NCBI RefSeq assembly: GCF_000013905.1
Contig: NC_007969.1
Coordinates: 1,890,001 to 1,922,000, forward strand
Direction: 5' to 3'
Source: Psychrobacter cryohalolentis K5
Lineage (GTDB): Bacteria > Pseudomonadota > Gammaproteobacteria > Pseudomonadales > Moraxellaceae
Length of the DNA: 32,000 bases
The notes beneath the pieces were generated by a model that worked only from the letters and a program-made list of their open reading frames with translations, was not told where the DNA came from and ran no database searches. The position numbers and the translations under genes are program-made. Position 1 is the stretch's first letter, and every line of letters starts with the position of its first letter. Shown here piece after piece: positions 9,181 to 18,065 of this stretch.

Positions 9181-9640
9181 TTATTGCGGTAACAAGACAT
9201 GCTTGCTCTTTTGATAAGCCGATAGACCACCTGCGCCTAACTCTCGACCAATACCACTTTGCTTAAACCCGCCCCAGCCTGCTTCTGGCAATACTATTTT
9301 TTGCTCATCTATCTAAATACGACCTGCTTGGATTAATGTCACCTCAGAAGGTTTTAACAGTACGTTACAGCCTGCAGCCAATGCAAAGGCTAATTTCCAA
9401 GCAGTGGTTACCATTGGAAAATTCCACGGGACAATAAGCGCACAGATATCAACGGGTGTAAGACCGATAGACTTGAGTAGTGACATCCACCGCCATATCT
9501 ACGTGGACTTCTGCGCTCAGTCTGGTCGTAGTAATCACCTCTCCTAAATTTGGGTCATATAATGCATAAGTATCTTTCTCATCATTTCGGTCTACCGCTT
9601 CAATAGCTACCTTTAATCAGGCAAAATCGATTGCTGGCAT
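9181..9640 (-). pseudogene. Aldehyde dehydrogenase pseudogene (start and stop retained, interior deleted, in-frame stops)
   Basis: Minus-strand translation gives MPAIDFA*LKVAIEAVDRNDEKDTYALYDPNLGEVITTTRLSAEVHVDMAVDV..., which resembles an ALDH N-terminus. Next comes ...DICALIVPWNFPMVTTAWKLAFALAAGCNVLLKPSEVTLIQAGRI* , the PWNFP / KPSE region. This joins directly to IDEQKIVLPEAGWGGFKQSGIGRELGAGGLSAYQKSKHVLLPQ*, the ALDH C-terminus. The remnant is about 460 nt, against about 1.5 kb for an intact ALDH. The catalytic Glu/Cys region is absent. Confidence 0.85.
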
Positions 9641-9663
9641 AGCATTACGCACAAGCACATTTT

Positions 9664-11070
9664 TTAATACAACAGATGCGCCACAGTAGTAATGACCACC
9701 AAACTGATCAGCGTGCGCAGAATAAAAATCATAAACAGCTCTAGCACATTCAGCTTAATATTTGATTTTAGAATCAGCGCGCCTACCTCAGACATATAGA
9801 TAATCTGGGTAATAGAAGCAGCACCGACGATAAACCTTGTCATCTCACTCTCAATACTTTTACCGACCAAAGCAGGCAGATACATATCGGCAAAGCCCAT
9901 AATCATCGCTGGAGCTGCCTCTGCTGCCTCTGGAATCTGCAATAGTTCAAGCAATGGCACGAGCGGCGCCGACAGCCAATTAAATACCGGCGTGTATTCT
10001 GCCAAACCAAGACCAATGGTACCGATAGCAAAAATTACAGGAATGAGGCCAAGGTAGATATCAAACAAATTCTTTAAACTGTGTTTGAATACATTACCCA
10101 AACTTGGCATAGAATGCGCGCGCGTAACCGCACGATTGACCGCCCATTGGTAGGTAGAGTACTCAGCAGGAATACCTTCATCCAGCATGCTTTTGCCCGA
10201 GTGATAAGTATCAGGTTTTAGCGATAGCGGCGGTATACGCGGCATAATAATAGCGGCAATAAAGCCCGTTAACGCAATGGTTAGATAAAAGAAAACAAAG
10301 TTATTATCGACGCCGATGGTTTTAGCAACGACATAGGTAAAGGCGATGGACGTTACCGAAAATGTGGTGGCAATAATCGCAGCCTCACGCAGACTATAGT
10401 AGCTTTTATTGTACTCTTGCATGGTAACCAGCAAGCCAATGGAAGCGGCACCAAACCAAGAAGACATCGCATCGACCGCAGAGCGACCGGGTAACTTAAA
10501 CAATTTAACAAACACTTTGCTGGATAAAGTACCCAAGAATTCCATCAAACCAAAATCCGTCAGAAACGGTAAAGATAAAATGGCAAAAAAGAACAAAGGA
10601 ATCAAAATAGGGATCAGGTCTTCAAAAATCACGCTGCCGGTATTACGGTTAATAATAAACTCAGGGCCAACTTGTAGGTAAATCATCCATGCAAACAGAA
10701 CGCCCAAAAAGCGCGCGCCAAGCCAAAACCAGTCCACATCAAAAAGCTTTGCCCACATAGAGCCTTCGTGCAAATTGGGTCTTAATACCTTAACTGCCAG
10801 CGCTCCAATAAAGGATGTCGTCACAATTGCCAATACTGCGTAAACAACATAACCTCCCAGCACTGCTTGCAGGGTATCGGTTAATACGCCCAGTAAAATG
10901 GTGATTTTGCCATCCCACTGAAAAGGTATGATAAATAATGCCATACCCAGCGCTGAAAATAGCAAAAACTTCCACATGGATGCTTGCCACTGCGCCCCTT
11001 GCGGCGTTTCTAGATCGACAGGGTCATTTCCCAAAATCGGCTGCTGCGACTTATCGATATAATTCGTCAT
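9664..11070 (-). CDS. Polytopic membrane protein, YjiH / nucleoside-recognition (Gate) domain-like putative transporter
   Basis: 468-aa ORF with about 10-12 hydrophobic segments and a strong AAGGAGGA SD. The family assignment comes from overall resemblance to YjiH-type proteins, for example the ...GLMEFLG...KLFKLPGRSAVDAMSSWFG... region. Its substrate is unknown. Confidence 0.55.
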   Translation of the reverse strand: MTNYIDKSQQPILGNDPVDLETPQGAQWQASMWKFLLFSALGMALFIIPFQWDGKITILLGVLTDTLQAVLGGYVVYAVLAIVTTSFIGALAVKVLRPNLHEGSMWAKLFDVDWFWLGARFLGVLFAWMIYLQVGPEFIINRNTGSVIFEDLIPILIPLFFFAILSLPFLTDFGLMEFLGTLSSKVFVKLFKLPGRSAVDAMSSWFGAASIGLLVTMQEYNKSYYSLREAAIIATTFSVTSIAFTYVVAKTIGVDNNFVFFYLTIALTGFIAAIIMPRIPPLSLKPDTYHSGKSMLDEGIPAEYSTYQWAVNRAVTRAHSMPSLGNVFKHSLKNLFDIYLGLIPVIFAIGTIGLGLAEYTPVFNWLSAPLVPLLELLQIPEAAEAAPAMIMGFADMYLPALVGKSIESEMTRFIVGAASITQIIYMSEVGALILKSNIKLNVLELFMIFILRTLISLVVITTVAHLLY

Positions 11071-11205
11071 TTAATCCTCCTTGATAGGCGACGATCGCCA
11101 AATTTCTTCCTTCGCTGTCTGACCTATCCCTAGTTTTAGCGAATTGAGCAAATAGTTGAATGCCGTTTTATTAGTTATTTTTCATGTAAATGATGCTTGA
11201 TTACA

Positions 11206-12948
11206 TCAGCTAAAACAGGTAAAACTCTTGCCCATTTCAAGAAGAAACTCATCGGCTTCATCAACCTCATAAATAATCGGTTGTTTGCCTTTGATGTCTT
11301 CTTTTAATGCCTCGAGCAGCTGCTGCTTATCTGTGATTCGACGATAACCGGCACCAAATCCTGCGGCTAATGGCTCAAAGTTCGGGGTTTTAATATTGAC
11401 CCCGATCAGTGGCAGGCCGCCCTCTTCCATATAGCGGCGAATCTCACCGTAACCTTGGTTGTTCCATAACAGCACAATCAATGGTAGATCAAGCTCGGCG
11501 GCGCAGATTAGTTCTGTGATGGTAAACTGAATGCCGCCATCACCAATCAGACTCACAACCGGCGCTTTTGAGCCAATCATGGCACCAATCGCGGCAGGCA
11601 AACCATAACCCAAGGTGCCAAAGCCAGTCGATGAGTTAAACCATCGACGCGTGGCTAAAGCCTCAAAACCAAGGTTGCCACTATAAACAGGCTGGGTTGA
11701 ATCGCCAACGAAAATGACGTCTTTTACTTCATCTCGAATCAGCTGTAGCAGTGCGTTTTGACCAGCAAAATTTGGCGTCATTTCTTCTATCAACGCTTGC
11801 TTTACCTTTGCTACTCGCGGTGCGGCTTGATGATTCAGCGGTTGATTTTCTAAGCGCGTACATAAACCGCTGATAGCCATTTGCGCATCTGACAATAGCG
11901 CAATATCTGCTCTAAACGGACGCTGTAATTGCTGAGCATCGCAGTCGATACGAATCAGCGTGCCATTGATTTGGAACCCACCATTAAAAAAGACGTCATA
12001 ATCAGTCTCGCCAAGCTCAGTACCAATCGCCAATACTAAGTCGGCCTCGCTAATGACAGCGCGACCAACATCCAATGACTGATTGCTACCCAAACTCAGC
12101 GGATGAGCAGGCGGCAGTAAACCTTTGGCATTGATGGTCAAAAACGTCGGTGCATCGATAAGTTCTGCTAATTTTTGTGCGTCATGATTAACATCAACGC
12201 AGCCACCGCCATAGAGCAATACTGGATTTTTTGCGCTTTTAAGCTGCTCAACAATCAAATCCAATTGCGCAGGATGAGGTAGCGGTTTGTTTGCTTGTAG
12301 TTGCGTCGAAATATTATTAGTAGATTGGCTGTTTAGAGAAGCATCTAGCTTATTTAGCTTAGGCGGCTTGGCGACATGACTGGCATCGGCGGTAATCACA
12401 TCAATGGGCAGCTGGATATGTACCGGCCCTGGACGCGCGCCATTGAATAACGCAAAAGCTTCAGCGATGACTTTTGGTAATGACTCAGGCTGCCAAATCG
12501 TTTTACTCATGAGCGCAACCTTACTGACCATACCTTGCTGATCGTGCAATTCATGCAAGTGCCCTTCACCGCTGCCGGTATGCTGCACTTTATTGACGCT
12601 AGATATCACCAGCATCGGTATAGAATCCGCCAATGCTTGTGCCATCGCCGTCATGATGTTGGTCATGCCGGGACCGGTGATGATAAAGCATACTCCAACT
12701 TTACCAGAAGCGCGGTAATAACCATCCGCCATAAAGCCTGCGCCTTGCTCATGACGCGGTGTCACGTGGCGAATATCGGTATTGGGCAGGCCACGATATA
12801 GCTCGACCGTATGTACGCCCGGAATACCAAATACCGTCTCCACCCCATAATACTCTAACCACTGAACAAGCAGCTCACCGCAAGTTAGAGATGAGGCAGT
12901 TGGCGCGGAATTTGGCAATGAAGAAGGCGTTTGTAGAGAATGCGTCAT
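11206..12948 (-). CDS. Thiamine pyrophosphate (TPP)-dependent enzyme, acetolactate-synthase-like; probable 2-ketoarginine (5-guanidino-2-oxopentanoate) decarboxylase, AruI-like
   Basis: 580-aa ORF. The N-terminal pyrimidine-binding domain is present (GVETVFGIPGVHTVELY...HEQGAGFMADGY). The TPP motif GDGGIQFT-x-LLWNNQGYGEI is also present. The functional guess comes from its position directly downstream of a GbuA-like gene. Confidence is about 0.9 for the family and about 0.5 for the specific activity. Confidence 0.7.
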   Translation of the reverse strand: MTHSLQTPSSLPNSAPTASSLTCGELLVQWLEYYGVETVFGIPGVHTVELYRGLPNTDIRHVTPRHEQGAGFMADGYYRASGKVGVCFIITGPGMTNIMTAMAQALADSIPMLVISSVNKVQHTGSGEGHLHELHDQQGMVSKVALMSKTIWQPESLPKVIAEAFALFNGARPGPVHIQLPIDVITADASHVAKPPKLNKLDASLNSQSTNNISTQLQANKPLPHPAQLDLIVEQLKSAKNPVLLYGGGCVDVNHDAQKLAELIDAPTFLTINAKGLLPPAHPLSLGSNQSLDVGRAVISEADLVLAIGTELGETDYDVFFNGGFQINGTLIRIDCDAQQLQRPFRADIALLSDAQMAISGLCTRLENQPLNHQAAPRVAKVKQALIEEMTPNFAGQNALLQLIRDEVKDVIFVGDSTQPVYSGNLGFEALATRRWFNSSTGFGTLGYGLPAAIGAMIGSKAPVVSLIGDGGIQFTITELICAAELDLPLIVLLWNNQGYGEIRRYMEEGGLPLIGVNIKTPNFEPLAAGFGAGYRRITDKQQLLEALKEDIKGKQPIIYEVDEADEFLLEMGKSFTCFS

Positions 12949-13012
12949 GAGTTAATCATCCTAAAAAAATTCAATAGCAATTAAATAAGTCGTTCAATAT
13001 CAAATCCAAGCT

Positions 13013-13058
13013 AAACCCAAACTGCCCTTTAATTCCCTATAAAGGACAGTTTGGGTTT
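13013..13058. other. Long intercistronic hairpin (19-bp stem, 1 mismatch, 8-nt loop)
   Basis: The arms aaacccaaactgcccttta and taaaggacagtttgggttt lie between the ureohydrolase stop (13070) and the TPP-enzyme start (12948). No clean U-tract follows on the minus strand. Confidence 0.6.
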
Positions 13059-13069
13059 ATAAATTATTT

Positions 13070-14038
13070 TCAATAAATGGCTTTAACCTTATCGTCATAG
13101 CGCACGCCCGGTAGAATACATAGCATCTCAAATAGCAGGTTCGCGGCTAGTACCGAGGTGTTACCAAACGGGTCATACGGCGGTGACACTTCTACTAAAT
13201 CACCACCGACCACATCAAGGCCACGCATACCACGAATGATTTCAATACCTTGCGTTGACGTCAAGCCACCAATTTCAGCGGTTCCCGTACCCGGTGCAAA
13301 AGCAGGATCAATACCATCAATATCAAAACTTAAATAAACAGGGCCAGCGCCTAATTTTTCGCGCACTTCTGCCATCAAAGGTGTCAGCGATTTATACCAA
13401 CATTCTTCAGCAGGCACTACGCGAAAACCTTGCTCGGTTGACCAATCAAACTCTTCAGCACTATAACCCGTACCACGTAAACCAATTTGTACCACACGAT
13501 TACCATCGATGAGGTTCTCTTCAACTGCGCGGCGGAACGGCGTACCATGGGCAATTTTTTCGCCAAACATTTCATCATTGATATCGGCATGCGCATCGAT
13601 ATGCACCATACCAACAGGGCCATGTTTTTTGGCGAGCGCACGCAAAATAGGCAGTGCAATCGTATGATCGCCGCCTAACGTTAAAGGAATAGCGCCATGA
13701 CTGACGATTTTATCGGTATAGAATTTCTCAATAATATCGACGCTTTTTAGCAGGTTAAAGGTATTGATAGGAACGTCGCCAATGTCAGCGACTTGCAAAG
13801 ACTCAAAGGGAGCGGCGCGAGTGGCGACGTTATAAGGGCGAATCATGCGTGATTCATCGCGAATCTGGCGTGGTCCCAATCTTGCACCGCTACGGTTTGA
13901 TGCGCCAATATCTAAAGGCACCCCAACGAATGCTACATCCAGTCCTTCAGCATCGGCTTGGGTTGGCAGGCGCATCATAGAAGCAAAGCCGCCAAATCTT
14001 GGCATATCGTTGCCGCTTAATGGTTGATTGAATTTCAT
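13070..14038 (-). CDS. gbuA: Ureohydrolase of the agmatinase family, guanidinobutyrase-like
   Basis: Mn-binding motifs GGDHTIALP, HIDAHADIND and SFDIDGIDPAFAPGTGT are present. End-to-end it resembles what I recall of Pseudomonas GbuA (QPLSGNDMPRFGGFASMMRLP..., EVSPPYDPFGNTS). The track start at 14041 is a GTG; I prefer the adjacent ATG at 14038, which has an AAGGA SD 8 nt upstream. Confidence 0.8.
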   Translation of the reverse strand: MKFNQPLSGNDMPRFGGFASMMRLPTQADAEGLDVAFVGVPLDIGASNRSGARLGPRQIRDESRMIRPYNVATRAAPFESLQVADIGDVPINTFNLLKSVDIIEKFYTDKIVSHGAIPLTLGGDHTIALPILRALAKKHGPVGMVHIDAHADINDEMFGEKIAHGTPFRRAVEENLIDGNRVVQIGLRGTGYSAEEFDWSTEQGFRVVPAEECWYKSLTPLMAEVREKLGAGPVYLSFDIDGIDPAFAPGTGTAEIGGLTSTQGIEIIRGMRGLDVVGGDLVEVSPPYDPFGNTSVLAANLLFEMLCILPGVRYDDKVKAIY

Positions 14039-14078
14039 CACTTACATCCTTGTATCGATTGGTCAAAACAGACAATTT

Positions 14079-14126
14079 GTCTATATTACTTTTTGTCTAT
14101 ATTACTTTTTATCTATGCCACTTTTT
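14079..14126. repeat. Three tandem 16-bp repeats in the gbuA / LysR divergent promoter region
   Basis: gtctatattacttttt (14079-14094), gtctatattacttttt (14095-14110) and atctatgccacttttt (14111-14126), followed by a partial ctatag. The repeats lie 41-88 nt upstream of the gbuA-like ATG. Confidence 0.85.
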
Positions 14127-14282
14127 CTATAGCTCTGACAATACCTAAATATCAGAGGCGAGACCATGGTAAAATTTAGAAGTAAACTTCTGATTTTTCG
14201 TAGTAACTTTGATTTATTCGTTATTTATAGAAGTTTTATAAAAAAATCGGTTAAGACAATAGATACGGGGACATGACTTTCG

Positions 14283-15203
14283 ATGCTAGATGAATTGATA
14301 AAAATTGACATCAAAACCCTGCGGAGCTTTATGGCCATCGTAGAGTGTCAAGGTGTGACCGCCGCGCAGTCACGCTTAAATGTCACGCCGTCTGTCATCA
14401 GCGGTCATTTGACCCATTTAGAAGACCGCTTGGGTATGACGCTCTGTCATCGTGGACGCGCGGGTTTTAAGCTCACCGAAGATGGGGCAGCGGTTTACGA
14501 GGCTTGCTTAAGCTTTAATGAAGCAGTGGCCAGCTTTCAGCATCAATTGCATTATATTCGCCAATTAGATTCGGTGCGTGGCGGTCATATTCGATTATGT
14601 TTGATCGATCAGATGCCAACGGTTTTTTATGATGCGTTACGTCAGTGCTTAGCAGCAAGCTATCGTAATAATCCATTAATACATTTTTCTATCGATGTGC
14701 AAAGCCCTGAGAGTATGCTTGATAAGCTTTTAAGTAATGAAAGTGATATTGGCGTGGGATATTTTGGTAGCTTCCCACCCCTATTAACTTTCCAGCCAGC
14801 ATTTATCGAAAAGCAAGTGGTTTGCTGTGGACGTGAGCATCAGCTATTTTATGAGGCGGAAGGGTTAACCTTTGAGGGTTTGGAACAAAACTATCCATGG
14901 ATAAAACGAGGCTATATTACTGATTTGAGTATCAATCATGTCCGCCCAAAAACGTTAAGCGCCACCACTTACCATATGGAGGCGACCGCGCAATTAATTT
15001 TGGCAGGTCATCATGTCGGCTACTTGCCCAATGATTTGGCAAAGCGTTATGAAGAGATGGGGATGATGAAAATACTACTGCCCAATGAGGCAAGTTACGA
15101 GGTCAAGCATCATTGGGCTTATCGAGAAAACCTTCATAAGCACGTCGCTGATTTTTTAGAGCAGATGATTAGCCTATTACGAAAAAACCCCTTTAAAGAA
15201 TGA
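14283..15203 (+). CDS. LysR-family transcriptional regulator (GbuR-like by position)
   Basis: 306-aa ORF with the HTH VTAAQSRLNVTPSVISGHLTHLEDRLG. It is divergent from the guanidinobutyrase-like gene, as with gbuR-gbuA in Pseudomonas aeruginosa. Confidence 0.85.
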   Translation: MLDELIKIDIKTLRSFMAIVECQGVTAAQSRLNVTPSVISGHLTHLEDRLGMTLCHRGRAGFKLTEDGAAVYEACLSFNEAVASFQHQLHYIRQLDSVRGGHIRLCLIDQMPTVFYDALRQCLAASYRNNPLIHFSIDVQSPESMLDKLLSNESDIGVGYFGSFPPLLTFQPAFIEKQVVCCGREHQLFYEAEGLTFEGLEQNYPWIKRGYITDLSINHVRPKTLSATTYHMEATAQLILAGHHVGYLPNDLAKRYEEMGMMKILLPNEASYEVKHHWAYRENLHKHVADFLEQMISLLRKNPFKE

Positions 15204-15223
15204 ATATTCTTTAAAGGGGTTTA
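15186..15223. terminator. Bidirectional terminator between convergent LysR and NhaC-family genes
   Basis: Perfect 17-bp stem (aaacccctttaaagaat / attctttaaaggggttt) with the 4-nt loop gaat. It is flanked by an A-run and a T-run, and it overlaps the LysR stop codon. Confidence 0.8.
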
Positions 15224-15235
15224 TGTAGCCGTTAT

Positions 15236-16660
15236 TTAATTAACTGATTGCGCTTTTTGATGCTTACGGACGCTAGACCCATCTTTACGCGTAATCGTTA
15301 TCCCTGTAAAGCCAAACAATATCGTCAGTAGCAATGATAAATAGCAGAAGAACGCATAAGGTAGATAATCAAGCACTGGTACGCCTAACGCTTGACTGAT
15401 AAACACACCGCACACACTCCATGGTACAAGTGGATTGATCACTGTACCGGCATCTTCAATGGTGCGTGATAGATTTTTTGGATGCAAGTTCAAGCGCTCA
15501 AACGTCGGACGAAATGCCGTACCCGATAAAAGAATACTCAAATACTGCTCACCGATAAGGACATTGATACTGAGTGCTGACATGGCAGCGGCAAAAATGG
15601 CGCGTCCTGCTGTCGTTAAACTGTCTTTAATACCAGATAACAATGCTGGCAAGATACCCAACGCCGTCAGCAATCCGCCTAAACTCAGCGCCAATATCAC
15701 AATCGCTTGAGTAAAGAACATACTTTGCACACCGCCACGCGACAGCATACCGCCCACTTCACCAAGCTCCAATGACTCTGCGGGTGTATAACCTGCAAAG
15801 AAATAACCGCCCAACTGCCCAACGTTTGGCGTGCTATGCATATAAGTAATGATAATTGCCACAGCAATGGTACAAATAATGGTGTAAATGGCATTAACTC
15901 GAAATAGAGCCAGCGCAATCAAGACCACAAATGGTAATACCGCATAACCATGTACCAAACCACTGTCAATCAATTGTCCTTTTAGCACCGTTACTTGACT
16001 TAAATCTGAGCCAGCTGTCTGTCCTGAGAAAAACCAAAATAATATAACCGTTAATATCCATGCCGGCACTGTAGTATACATCATATTGCGTATATGCTCG
16101 AACAAATCGATGCCTACAACCGCTGAAGCAATGGTACAAGTGTCTGATAATGGCGACATTTTATCACCAAAAAACGCCCCTGATACCACAGCGCCTGCCG
16201 CTATCGCAACGTTAGCATCAAAGGCATCACTCATACCAATGAAAGCCACGCCAAGCGTCGCAGCAGTCGTCAAACTACTGCCCAAAGCAATACCAATAAT
16301 AGAGGTCAATACAAAGGCGGAGATATAATAATACTGCGGAGATATCAGCTCAAAACCGAAATACATCAGCGTTGGGATGGCACCAGACATCATTAAGGCG
16401 GCGACCATCAAACCGATAAAGAAGAATAAATAGATCGCACCAATACCGCGCATAACGCCGGATGCCATTTGCGCTTGCATGTCATCAAAACTTAATCCTT
16501 TAAATATACCAATGCCTAGCAGGACACAGATAGCGAGGATCAATGATAAATGCGGTACCCAGCCAAAGCCAATCATGGTAACGCCCATGATAGCAATGAC
16601 AATGGCTGAAATCATAAATGCCAGTTGCGGTGAGATTTGGGTTAGAATTTTTGGAGGCAT
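15236..16660 (-). CDS. NhaC-family Na+/H+ antiporter-type transporter
   Basis: About 474-aa polytopic ORF. The C-terminal region IEDAGTVINPLVPWSVCGVFISQALGV resembles the conserved NhaC-family motif. The track start at 16663 is a GTG; the adjacent ATG at 16660 is better spaced from the AAGGA SD. Confidence 0.75.
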   Translation of the reverse strand: MPPKILTQISPQLAFMISAIVIAIMGVTMIGFGWVPHLSLILAICVLLGIGIFKGLSFDDMQAQMASGVMRGIGAIYLFFFIGLMVAALMMSGAIPTLMYFGFELISPQYYYISAFVLTSIIGIALGSSLTTAATLGVAFIGMSDAFDANVAIAAGAVVSGAFFGDKMSPLSDTCTIASAVVGIDLFEHIRNMMYTTVPAWILTVILFWFFSGQTAGSDLSQVTVLKGQLIDSGLVHGYAVLPFVVLIALALFRVNAIYTIICTIAVAIIITYMHSTPNVGQLGGYFFAGYTPAESLELGEVGGMLSRGGVQSMFFTQAIVILALSLGGLLTALGILPALLSGIKDSLTTAGRAIFAAAMSALSINVLIGEQYLSILLSGTAFRPTFERLNLHPKNLSRTIEDAGTVINPLVPWSVCGVFISQALGVPVLDYLPYAFFCYLSLLLTILFGFTGITITRKDGSSVRKHQKAQSVN

Positions 16661-16752
16661 CACACATCCTTAGAGTGCCAGTAGAGTCTGGCAACAGGGT
16701 TTGATTTTAGGGTGACAAGTTTAATCAGTTGCTAGCAGTATTGCTACTCTGA

Positions 16753-17094
16753 TTATTTGGTGAGCAAGCTGTCGGTCTTGGCTGCCATGACAAAGTCATT
16801 GCGATGCAAACCTTTAATACTGTGCGACCACCAAGTGACCGTCGCCTTGCCCCACTCTACCAATATGCCCGGATGATGCCCTTCTGCCTCAGAAATCTCA
16901 GCAAGCTCATTGGCAAATGCCATTGCTAAAACAAAGTTCTTAAATTTATATTGGCGCTGTAATTGCTTGATGCCATCGATTTCAATCAACGTCCACTCTG
17001 GAATTTGTTGTAATAACTCTGTTGCTTCGCTGTCGCTGACTGTCGGTGCGCCAATACGGCAGGCTTCACAGCTGGCTTGTGATAATGTCGTCAT
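16753..17094 (-). CDS. phhB: Pterin-4-alpha-carbinolamine dehydratase
   Basis: 113-aa ORF with the signature [31 protein letters not shown]. An AAGGA SD is present, and the gene is directly downstream of phhA. Confidence 0.93.
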   Translation of the reverse strand: MTTLSQASCEACRIGAPTVSDSEATELLQQIPEWTLIEIDGIKQLQRQYKFKNFVLAMAFANELAEISEAEGHHPGILVEWGKATVTWWSHSIKGLHRNDFVMAAKTDSLLTK

Positions 17095-17189
17095 GATAAT
17101 ATCCTTTTATATTAACTATTGGTTTTTTAATGAATGTACGTCCGTGTTGACGTTGGTTCTTTTACTACTTATAAAAAATGCACTATCTA

Positions 17190-18065
17190 TTAAGCCGTCT
17201 TAATAGCATATGTTGGCTCAAACAATCCTAAGCTCATCGCCTTTTTTACAGCGCCCATAATGTCGCTATTCACGATATCAAATAACGTATCCAAATCGTC
17301 AATTGCATAATAGATAGGCTGAATTTGATCAATACGGTAAGGCGTGCGCAATACGTCAATCAAATCAAACGCACGACAGTCCGGATCATCGCTTAGGGCA
17401 TAGATGGTTTCAGACGGTGAGCTTAAAATGCCGCCACCATAAATCTTGCGGGTTTCTTTGGTCGCGCCCATTAGACCAAATTCGATGGTGAACCAATACA
17501 GGCGTGCTAAATAAAGACGCTCTTGCTTAGTCGCATTGAGACCAAGCTTGCCATAAGTCTCATTAAAAGTTGCAAAAGCAGGATGGGTCAGCAGCGGACA
17601 ATGCCCGACGATTTCATGAAAAATATCTGGCTCTTCGATATAGTCCATATCATCAAAGCGGCGGATAAAGGTCGCAACCGGAAAGCGTTTATCAGCTAAG
17701 AGTTTGAAGAATTTACCGAAGCTGATTAACGCCGGTACAGCAGCGGTTTGCCAACCAGTACTGGCTTGCAATACTTCATCAATATCTTGTAGTTGCGGAA
17801 TATGCGTTGCTGGTAGCTTGAGTTTCTCTAAACCCTCAAGATAGGCTGAACTGGCACGATTGGGTATTTGCTTGGCTTGACGTTCAAGCAGTGCTTGCCA
17901 CATCGCGTTTTCATCGTCACTATAATGAATATGACCATGATTATCTGGCTGGCGCGATACGTAAGGTTGCTTCTTCTGAGTTAAATGATGAGTAGAAGCT
18001 TCAGTGCTTAACGAATTGCTACTGAGAGGCTTTATGTACGCAGTTGTCTGGTGACGGCTTTCCAT
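17190..18065 (-). CDS. phhA: Phenylalanine 4-monooxygenase
   Basis: 291-aa ORF with the aromatic amino-acid hydroxylase catalytic core (EEPDIFHEIVGHCPLL...YWFTIEFGL...KIYGGGILSS). An AAGGAA SD is present. Confidence 0.93.
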   Translation of the reverse strand: MESRHQTTAYIKPLSSNSLSTEASTHHLTQKKQPYVSRQPDNHGHIHYSDDENAMWQALLERQAKQIPNRASSAYLEGLEKLKLPATHIPQLQDIDEVLQASTGWQTAAVPALISFGKFFKLLADKRFPVATFIRRFDDMDYIEEPDIFHEIVGHCPLLTHPAFATFNETYGKLGLNATKQERLYLARLYWFTIEFGLMGATKETRKIYGGGILSSPSETIYALSDDPDCRAFDLIDVLRTPYRIDQIQPIYYAIDDLDTLFDIVNSDIMGAVKKAMSLGLFEPTYAIKTA

